From Macrostomum lignano (lineage: Eukaryota): a stretch of DNA of 64,000 bases. The first letter of the stretch is position 1; each line of letters starts with the position of its first letter. The notes under the pieces were generated by a model. That model worked only from the letters and a program-made list of their open reading frames with translations, had not been told where the DNA came from and made no database searches. The position numbers and the translations under genes were made by a program. Shown one piece after another: positions 55,100 to 64,000 of this stretch. The DNA is taken from contig NIVC01001686.1 in assembly GCA_002269645.1 (NCBI GenBank), forward strand, positions 124,001 to 188,000, written 5' to 3'.

Positions 55100-55426
55100 A
55101 TGCTGCCACTGCCCAACAGTGGTAGCAGCGGTGGAGACTGCGGCACCTCTAAAATAGTGGACGACAAAGTCAGCTGTCAGCTGCGCCTGCTGCCTTCTCA
55201 GCCAGTGACGGCGGCAGAGCAGCATTCGCCAATCAAATCTGAGGCCCTGGCCGCACCACCTTCAGCTATTCAGTCAGCTCCGTCCTATGCCACCTGCAAG
55301 GTGTGCGGAGACAAAGCCAGCGGCTATCACTACGGCGTTGTGTCTTGCGAAGGCTGCAAAGGATTCTTTCGCAGGAGTATACAGAAACAGATTCAGTATA
55401 GGTGTCTGCGAGATGGAGCTTGCCAG
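55100..55426 (+). CDS. E78: E78-type nuclear receptor exon 1: A/B region and DBD zinc finger 1 to D-box
   Basis: [43 protein letters not shown] is nearly identical to the E78/NR1E DBD as recalled (GVTSC...RSIQKQIEYRCLRDGKC). Preceded by the acceptor CTTTAATAG|ATG; donor CAG|GTTAGT, phase 0. Confidence 0.92.
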
Positions 55427-55451
55427 GTTAGTTGTTTTAGAGAACTGGGGA

Positions 55452-55899
55452 CACAGATACTAGAATAACTAGATGAGGCAGTCATCACATTTGGGTGCAA
55501 GCTACTTTCAGTTAAGTAGTAAGTTAAACAGAAGCATTTTAATGTATTTTTAAAGCCAAGGCTCATTTACTGGCTCTTACTCTCACAACTTAAACCCTCC
55601 AACCGCGCCTTTCCACACTACCCCCACCTCTCCACCCGCCCCAATTTTTATTGCCTTTCTCGGAATTCCAGCCTAAAGCAGCCATGTACATTTCAGTGGA
55701 CTGGCCAATGTACATTGTGGCTGAACCAATTAGCAAGTTGTTTACGCCTGCAAGCTTTTGGGCTTCTAAACTTATCAAATTGATTTCAGCTGCCTTTATT
55801 TTTATAAAATAGCTTATGTATTCTTCTGTTTCACTGTTTTAGCTGTTTCACTAAGTATATATGCCTGAGTGGGCCCATCTAGTTATTTTAGAATCTGAG
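55452..55899. mobile_element. CACAGAT-ended MITE in E78 intron 1
   Basis: Left TIR CACAGATACTAGAATAACTAGATG, right end CATCTAGTTATTTTAGAATCTGAG; body shared with two other copies; target duplication not recognisable. Confidence 0.8.
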
Positions 55900-56233
55900 C
55901 TAAATCTAACCAACGATCCAATGTTATGTAGCTTTCTAAGGATCTCCACCGTTCAATGGTTTTATTAAATCTTGATGATCTCGCTTACACAGGATGTCTC
56001 TCTCGTACACTCTCTGTGCCTTTGGGGTTGGCCTACGTGGTTGTGAAACGCAGGAAAATCGCAGTGGAGGGGGGGGACCAATTTTTTCTTCCACACCAAT
56101 ATGCCCAATATGAATATGTCTGAGTACAGAATCCAATAACTAATTCGAACCTAGGATGTGGCGTTAGTGTCAGACCTCTACACTACATAAAGCATATCTA
56201 ATATCGTGTTTATAATGCCTAACTATCTATAAG

Positions 56234-56707
56234 GTGGCCCGGATAAATCGCAACCGGTGTCAGCACTGCCGATTTCGAAAATGCCTCGCCGCCGGCATGT
56301 CGAAGGACTCCGTACGCTACGGTCGGGCTTCGTCCAGCACCGCCGTCACTGCCGCTGCCGCCGCCGCCGCTGCTGCTGCAGTTGCTGTTGCAGTTCCTGT
56401 TGCATCGTCTGCTTCTACGCCGACTGCCGTAGCCTCAATCGGAGCCAGTGCCGTGGCTGCTCCCGCTGCTACGGCGTCGTCTTCAGCGACTTCGCCGTCT
56501 CCGACGACGCCGAGCGGCGGTTCAGCATCGGCGTCGACTTCGTCAGCTATGGAGAAGCTCGACTGCAGCTTCTGGGGCGACGGCCAGATGCAGCAGCAAC
56601 TGGACCAGCTGGCTGCGACTGTTCATCAAGCATTCGGCTCCGCTAGCGGCTACAGCCACTGCCGCGCTGGGGGCCTGATGGTGGGCCAGGCCCGCCACGC
56701 CACTCTG
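56234..56707 (+). CDS. E78: E78 exon 2: zinc finger 2, C-terminal extension ([11 protein letters not shown]), Ala/Ser-rich hinge
   Basis: Acceptor TATAAG|GTG; [31 protein letters not shown]; donor CTG|GTGAGC; 474 nt, phase 0/0. Confidence 0.92.
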
Positions 56708-56711
56708 GTGA

Positions 56712-56800
56712 GCCTTTGTCTGTCTGTCTGTCTGCCTGTCTGCCTGTCTGTGTGTCTGTCTGTCTGTCTGCCTGTCTGTATGTCTGTCTGTCTGTCTGCC

Positions 56801-56837
<37 letters not shown>

Positions 56838-56990
56838 TCCTGTCTGTCTGTCTGTCTGTCTGCCTGCCTGTCTGTCTGTCTGCCTGTCTGTCTGTCTGTC
56901 TGTCTGTCTGTCTGCCTGCCTGCCTGTCTGTCTGTCTGTCTGTCCGTCTCTCTGTCTGTCCGTCTGCATGTCTATCAGTCTATCTATCTG
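56712..56990. repeat. (TCTG)n microsatellite starting within ~10 nt of the E78 exon 2 donor
   Basis: Direct. Confidence 0.95.
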
Positions 56991-57952
56991 ATTATGCACT
57001 GTGCTAAAATTGTCGATCCTTTCTATTTCATATTTTTTGTTGAAACGAAATTGTGGTGGATTTCAAACACTGAATAATTTTGTCAGCACCAGCTGGTACT
57101 TGTTTCGAAAATCGGCAGTTCGGTTCTCCTCAATAGTTCGGTAGCAAAATAAGCTTCAGTCAGCGATTCGCGGTACTCGGCTGGCGGCTGGCCACTTTGA
57201 AGATCAAAGAGAGTGAGAGAGGAAGAGAGAGAGAGAGAGATAGGGGTCAATGCAATAAAAGTTATGTTTGGTAGGCTTGTAGGTGGGGTTTGAATTAGAT
57301 TATGCACCTACCCAGTGCGCTCTTGGCAATTGGCCAGCAGTATTATTAGAAAGTGGCTAGCAACAAGTTTTAGCCTAGCTGCGGTGCATTCGAAAGAGGC
57401 CTTTATTGCGGGGATGGGGCGCCAGAGGCTGGAGCTGTGATTTATAACCCGTGTATCTATTGGTATCCTGTCCCTTACTGCCGTCACTTGTGTTAGCTTA
57501 TCTCTACCAACCTAGCGTTTTCTGTTTCTGATATATTGCTGTTGTCTCGTAATGCAGCAAAAGTTGGTTTTTAATTACACAACAGTTAATGTGGCTACTA
57601 AGTTGTAATTTATTCCCATGCTAAAATAATAGTTATTAGTAGTGGTAGTACTTATCTTAAAGTGTATAACGCAACATATCGGCAATAAAAGTCATAGCTA
57701 CTAGTGGTTGTCATCTGCAAAGTGTATTACGCGGCTTTACGCCACATATCGGAATTAAAATTCATAGTTACTAGTGGTGGTTATCTGGAAAGTGTTTTAC
57801 GCAACATGTCGGTGCTAATGTCATACCTATTAGTAGTGATATACCTACAAATTATAGAACGCTACATATCGTCAGTAACGTAAGTCAATCCTGAGCTGCA
57901 CTATTCCGCCATTCATGATTATTACGCCTATTATTTCCATTCGCTCACCCAG

Positions 57953-58376
57953 GTGCCGGAGGGCCGCGGCCTGAGACCGGACGCCCTAGACGAGCACCGG
58001 TTGTGCATGCACCAATCGCTGGCTCACCTGTTGCTGCCCTGCATCGAGCAGACTGTCGATTTTGCCAAACGCGTGCCCGGCTTTGCCAAATTCACCCAAG
58101 ACGATCAGCTGACGCTCATCAAGTCGGCATTTTTTGAACTATGGCTGCTACAGGTGTCGCCGCATCAGATTGCGGCCGTGGATCAGGGCCACCTGCAGGG
58201 CATAGTCAGCAAGATTCTGTTTCCAAGCGGGCAGCTTGTCAATCAACAGGAGTTGGATTTTGTCTGGTCGCCGCCGCTTGTTGCTAAAATTGCTGAATTG
58301 ATGCAAATTTTGAGCAGTCTGCAACTAACCGAGTGTCAACTGGCCCTGCTCTGCTCTGTTGTGCTCACTAGGCCTG
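57953..58376 (+). CDS. E78: E78 exon 3: LBD helices 3-8
   Basis: Acceptor CTCACCCAG|GTG; contains the LBD signature DFAKRVPGFAKFTQDDQLTLIKSAFFELW; donor CCTG|GTGAGT, phase 1. Confidence 0.92.
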
Positions 58377-58454
58377 GTGAGTCCGCTTCTTCTTTTATCT
58401 TTAATAGCTCAACAAGTTTTGCCATGCAGTTGGTCTAACTAAAACCCGACCTCA

Positions 58455-59360
58455 TCAAGCTCACCCATCCCACCTCCGGTTCACCCACCCCACCTCCGGT
58501 CCACCCACCACACCTCCGGTTCACCCACCCCACCTCCGGTCCACCCATCACACCGGTTCACCCACCCCACCTCCGGTCCACCACCCCACCTCCGGTTCAC
58601 CCACCCCACCTCCAGTTCACCCATCACACCGGTTCACCCACCCCACCTCCGGTCCACCCATCACACCGGTTCACCCACCCCACCTCCGGTCCACCCATCA
58701 CACCGGTTCACCCACCCCACCTCCGGTCCACCCATCACACCGGTTCACCCACTCCACCTCCGGTCCACCACCCCACCTCCGGTTCACCCACCCCACCTCC
58801 GGTCCACCCATCACACCGGTTCACCCACCCCACCTCCGGTCCACCCATCACACCGGTTCACCCACCCCACCTCCGGTCCACCACCCCACCTCCGGTTCAC
58901 CCACCCCACCTCCAGTTCACCCATCACACCGGTTCACCCACCCCACCTCCGGTCCACCCATCACACCGGTTCACCCACCCCACCTCCGGTCCACCCATCA
59001 CACCGGTTCACCCACCCCACCTCCGGTCCACCCATCACACCGGTTCACCCACCCCACCTCCGGTCCACCCATCACACCTCCGGTTCACCCACCCCGCCTC
59101 CAGCTCACCCACCTCGTCTCCAGCTCACCCACCCCGCCTCCAGCTCACCCACCTCGTCTCCAGCTTACCCACCCCACCTCCAGTTCACCAACCCCACCTC
59201 CGGTTCACCCCCCCCACCAGTTCACCCAGCCCACCTCCAGCTCACCCACCCCGCCTCCAGCTCACCCACCTCGTCTCCAGCTTACCCACCCCGCCTCCAG
59301 CTCACTCACCCCACCTCCAGCTCACCCATCCCACCTCCAGCTCACCCACCCCACCCCGCA
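58455..59360. repeat. 17/20-bp C-rich minisatellite filling E78 intron 3
   Basis: CACCCACCCCACCTCC(G/A)G(T/C)T and CACCCATCACACCGGTT units; the opposite strand is GGGG/GGG-rich. Confidence 0.95.
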
Positions 59361-59361
59361 G

Positions 59362-59654
59362 ACCGAGCCGGCCTGTCCAACCCAGACGACGTGTCAGCCA
59401 ATCACAGCCGCCTTCTAGCGGCGCTGCACCAGCAGCTGGACATTTCGAAAGCCTCAACACCAGCCGAATCATCGTTGAAGCAGCAACAGCAGCTGACTGC
59501 GGGCCTGCAGACGGCTATCCGACAGGCCAGCAGCATAGGCCTATCAATGCAGCACTGCATGCAGTGGTACAGGGACAACTGGCATCGAACTTATCTGCCT
59601 CCTTTGTACGCTGAAATTTTTGATATCCGAAAAAATTCCGAGCACACCACGTGA
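59362..59654 (+). CDS. E78: E78 exon 4: LBD helices 9-12
   Basis: Acceptor CCCGCAG|AC restores PDRAGL; C-terminus WYRDNW...LPPLYAEIFDI matches the E78 AF-2 region (LPPLFAEIFDI as recalled); TGA at 59652-59654; spliced total 1518 nt = 505 aa. Confidence 0.92.
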
Positions 59655-59805
59655 CGACGGACTTGTTCGCATTGTTCATTATGAAATCTGTAAACATTAT
59701 CAGGGATTTTTTGATGCGCAAGGCAGCAAAGCATTATCATTTCCCTATATTAGTGTACTATACATACTACTGTCTTAGTTTCAATTTTGTTAGTAGTACA
59801 AGTTG

Positions 59806-59811
59806 AATAAA
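59806..59811 (+). terminator. Candidate E78 polyadenylation signal
   Basis: AATAAA ~150 nt after the stop; a second AATAAA lies near 59888. Confidence 0.5.
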
Positions 59812-60344
59812 GATAATATGAAGACGGATTTATTGGCGATTACAGGCTCTATATTATATGTGTATTTCTAAATCATTTATTTATACAATAAAAAAGCACA
59901 CATTATTGTGGCTTTAATTTTTTTTAAATTATTATCGATTCATTGTGTACACATTATTGTGGATTGTTAATTCGACACTTATATAGCTTTTATCCTCATT
60001 ATTGTTTTTTTTTTCAAAAGTTCGCTTACTGCTACACACACAGCATCGTGGATTATTTGAAAGATAAAGAGAGAGCTAAACAAATTCGAATGGTACTGTC
60101 TACTAGTAGTAGTACGTTACGCGTCTTTTTGCAATTTTCCAGAAAACGCTGAAAATTTTCTACTTATTTTATTGGCTTCCGTGTTGCTTGATATCTTAAT
60201 AAGCACTTAATTTCATTTTGCCTTGCCATTGTTCACATTCGCATGCCTGTCTGCTTACAATTACCTCTTATTGCAACTCGCATTAAACATACCTTATATC
60301 TTTGTCCTGTCCCTAAAACTCCCGCAATACACCTTTCTCGTTCT

Positions 60345-60995
60345 TCTCCTTCCCATATCCCCTTGTTTTTCCCATATCCCCTTTTGTTCCCATATCCTTT
60401 TGTCCATATCCCTTTTCTCCCCATATCCCTTTTCTCCCCATATCCCTTTTCTCCCCATATCCCTTTTCTCCCCATATCCCTTTTCTCCCCATATCCTTTT
60501 GTCCATATCCCTTTTCTCCCCATATCCCTTTTCTCCCCATATCCCTTTTCTCCCCATATCCCTTTTTTCCCCATATCCCTTTTCTCCCCATATCCCTTTT
60601 CTCCCCATATCCCTTTTCTCCCCATATCCTTTTGTCCATATCCCTTTTCTCCCCATATCCCTTTTCTCCCCATATCCCTTTTCTCCCCATATCCTTTTTT
60701 CCATATCCCTTTTCTCCCCATATCCCTTTTCTCCCCATATCCCTTTTCTCCCCATATCCTTTTTTCCATATCCCTTTTCTCCCCATATCCATTTTCTCCC
60801 CATATCCCTTTTCTCCCCATATCCTCTTTTGTTCCCCATATTTCTTTCTCCCCATATCCCTTTTCTCCCCATATCCCTTTTCTCCCCATATCCTCTTTTG
60901 TTCCCCATATTTCTTTCTCCCCATATCCCTTTTCTCCCCATATCCCTTTTCTCCCCATATCCCTTTTCTCCCCATATCCCTTTTCTCCCCATATC
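60345..60995. repeat. 17-bp minisatellite (TCCCTTTTCTCCCCATA)
   Basis: Direct periodicity. Confidence 0.95.
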
Positions 60996-61688
60996 CCCTT
61001 TCTGTATCTTGCATTCTCTTCAACTCACTTCTCATTTAATCTTCCCATTTCCCAATCCGTCTCTGCTCGCTACCTCTGCGCGTTGGACAAAACTCTCAGG
61101 GGTGCTCGTGTTATTATCTAATTTATCCTCATTTGGATTTGATCGCACGTGTTTTTTGGGAATAATTATCCCCATAAATCTATTGTTAGTGCTTGTAACT
61201 GTCTGCGCCGCACTCTCTCTACACGGATTTAGCTTTAATATCTATGAATGCAAAGCAGGAAAACACGAATTTTTTCCCTCATCGATTTTTTCAATCATTA
61301 ATCTTTTTTGCGCGCTTGTCTGTGTTTTTAAAATTTATGAAGCCGCAACAAGTTTTTTTATATAACAAATTCGGCACCTCAAGCAAACGTTTTGATCAGG
61401 TAAAACAAATTTTTTCCTAGTTCTTTTTTCAAGACTTTTACAAACTGACATTAGTGACAATATATATATATATTGTGTGTACAGTGTCGCAATAACTTAA
61501 TTAACAGTTTTTTTGTCATTAAACAGTTTGTTTTAATAAAATTAAATTGTTATTTCTCTTATTTTTTTTCAACGGGGTAACCTTCCACTGCGCTACCTCA
61601 AAGCTTATTAATAAATTAGTAACGTTTAGTATGCAGGCTTATGCATTACTCAGGTACGGCATTAGTGCTTGTTTAAGCATGGATCGAC

Positions 61689-62145
61689 CACAGATACTAG
61701 AATAACCAGATAGGCCACTCAGCACATTTGCGTGTAAGCTACTTTCAGTTCAGTAGTCAGTTAAACAGAAGCATTTTAATGTATTTTTAAAGCCAAGGCT
61801 CATTTATTGGCTCTTAACCCCCCCCCCCGATAGCCTTAACCCTCCAACCGCGCCTTTCCACACTACCCCCCCCCCCAATTTTTATTGCCTTTCTCGGAAT
61901 TCCAGCCTAAAGCTGCCATGTACATTTCAGTGGACTGGCCAATGTACATTATTGCTGAACCAATTAGCAAGTTGTTTACGCCTGCAAGCTTGGGCTTCTA
62001 AACTTATCAAAGTAATTTCAGCTGCCTTTATTTTTATAAAATAGCTATAGTATTCTTCTTTGCTACTGAACTGAAAGTAGGTAGAAAGCTGTTTTACTGA
62101 GTATATATGCCTGAGTGGGCCCATCTAGTTATTTTAGAATCTGTG
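61689..62145. mobile_element. hAT-type MITE (~457 bp) with ~24-bp TIRs and an 8-bp target duplication
   Basis: TIRs CACAGATACTAGAATAAC... / ...GTTATTTTAGAATCTGTG; flanks GGATCGAC and GGATAGAC (7/8 match). An 8-bp target duplication is characteristic of hAT elements. Confidence 0.85.
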
Positions 62146-62609
62146 GGATAGACAGACAGACAGCAATATGCCACAACAGCTATTATACTTATCAATATTT
62201 ATAGCAATTTCATTCATGAAATTAATTTTGTCTAAAATTCTGATAAAATTGCGTTTTGTTAATTTTGTTTTGATTTAACGAGTGCCTCTGCACTAGTCTG
62301 TATTTATTGATTTATTAATATTTTATTGATACTAATTTACTACTGTTGCTCACTACTGCCGCTAAGGTCTATTATTAATATTGATTTGTATTATACCTTC
62401 TGTATAATCTGTACACAATTTATTTTTGCTCACTTGGCTGTCAAAATTGATTTTCTTGTATTTTGCCTTTTTAAAGCTTTGTTAGTGCAACAATATTCTC
62501 ATTTATCAGTAAGATTCATGACTAATCATAGTTTGATCTTATGACTCATGATGAGGCTCATGATCGGTCATAAACAATAGCTTTTTGGTCATTTGGAGTT
62601 CGTGATAGG

Positions 62610-63170
62610 TCTTAGATAATCTTATCGGTCATAGTCGAGTTCTCTATAGGTCATAGTTGATCTTATTGGTCATAGTCGAGTTCTCTATAGGTCATAGTTG
62701 ATCTTATCGGTCAAAGTCGAGTTCTCTATAGGTCATAGTTGATCTTATTGGTCAAAGTCGAGTTCTCTATAGGTCATAGTTGATCTTATTGGTCATTGTC
62801 GAGTTCTCTATAGGTCATAGTTGATCTTATTGGTCATAGTCGAGTTCTCTATAGGTCATAGTTGATCTTATTGGTCATAGTCGAGTTCTCTATAGGTCAT
62901 AGTTGATCTTATCGGTCATAGTCGAGTTCTCTATAGGTCATAGTTGATCTTATTGGTCATAGTCGAGTTCTCTATAGGTCATAGTTGATCTTATTATTGG
63001 TCATAGTTGATCTTATTGGTCATAGTCGAGTTCTCTATAGGTCATAGTTGATCTTATTATTGGTCATAGTTGATCTTATCGGTCATAGTCGAGTTCTCTA
63101 TAGGTCATAGTTGATCTTATTGGTCATTGTCGAGTTCTCTGTAAGTCATAGTTGATCTTATCGGTCATAA
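62610..63170. repeat. 41-bp higher-order minisatellite (19+22-bp GGTCATAGT subunits)
   Basis: ATAGGTCATAGTTGATCTTATTGGTCATAGTCGAGTTCTCT units. Confidence 0.95.
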
Positions 63171-63744
63171 TAAGATTTTAAATTTATCATTAGGTAGCTA
63201 ATCTTATTGCTCCTACCAAGGGTCATGAGTCCAATCGATAATCCAATAAGTAATCTTAATCCAATCTATCAGTCTGTGCATTGTTGATCCACTGAAGGCT
63301 TTTAAGTAATTGAATTTCTACACTTCTAATACTGACTACTCTAAGCAATAAATTGTGCGCCTCTTTATTCATTATATAATATAACTCTATTATTGGCTGC
63401 CATTATAATAATGAAAAATTTGATTTTCACCTGTTTCTGATTTTGCTTGCTCACTGGAGTCAGTAAGTGCTTTTTTCTTAGTTCCAATGTAAATCCATCT
63501 TACTTGATTGACAGCTTGCGTATGATGCTACTTTGTCAGTTTAACAAAAACAATAAACTCAAATATATCGCCGTACAGCTTGTTTGTCTCCTTAATTGGC
63601 GTATTAAGCATGTGTGCGTTTCTGGTGACATTCTTGATCTTCTTCTCGTGTGCTAAATTAAAAACTTTAACAACTCAGTGTTCTCAGTTTGTTTTCTGTT
63701 ATTTTACAGAGGGCTGTTGGGAGAAAGCGGAGCAGGGAGATCCC

Positions 63745-64000
63745 CCCCGTGAGCCTTGACATCTCAGCGATTCCCCCCGTGAGCCTTGACATCTCAGCAA
63801 TTTCCCCAATAAGCCTTGACATCTCAGCAATTTCCCCAATGAGCCTTGACATCTCAGCAATTTCCCCAATAAGCCTTGACATCTCAGCAATTTCCCCAAT
63901 AAGCCTTGACATCTCAGCAATTTCCCCAATAAGCCTTGACATCTCAGCAATTTCCCCAATGAGCCTTGACATCTCAGCAATTTCCCCAATAAGCCTTGAC
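63745..64000. repeat. 30-bp minisatellite running off the window end
   Basis: (A/G)AGCCTTGACATCTCAGCAATTTCCCCAAT units. Confidence 0.95.

Noticed and set aside
60223-61365. 380-aa and overlapping ORFs
   Set aside because: A 17-bp satellite that lacks stop codons in all frames.

Overview
Eukaryotic (metazoan) genomic DNA that is extremely rich in mini- and microsatellites; no prokaryotic features, CRISPR arrays, rRNA or intact tRNA genes were found. The GC-rich coding exons with polyQ/polyA tracts, the (GACA)n arrays and the many 16-46 bp minisatellites suggest a free-living flatworm such as Macrostomum (inference only). Three protein-coding loci are supported. (1) A divergent two-RRM RBMS/MSSP/shep-family RNA-binding protein on the minus strand: six exons at 23730-23903, 7336-7546, 6190-6296, 2970-3185, 1286-1999 and 567-740, with all junction phases compatible. 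(2) An intronless, atypical C-type-lectin-like ORF at 41180-41713 (+). (3) An E78-type (NR1E) nuclear receptor on the plus strand: four exons at 55100-55426, 56234-56707, 57953-58376 and 59362-59654, giving 505 aa. The rest is satellites, two CORE-SINE copies, RTE and R1/I-group LINE remnants, hAT-type MITEs with 8-bp target duplications, a Mutator/foldback-type palindrome with a perfect 9-bp target duplication, and TA-flanked elements. Most long ORFs in the supplied track are repeat artefacts. The most interesting patterns are satellites built from splice-site consensus (about 26 AG|GTAAGT donors upstream of E78 and 12 tandem acceptor-like units in E78 intron 3), nuclear-receptor half-site arrays around E78, a satellite that arose inside a MITE, and a consistent sense-strand orientation of (UGUC)n arrays. 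Exon boundaries were read by hand; repeat boundaries and copy numbers are approximate.
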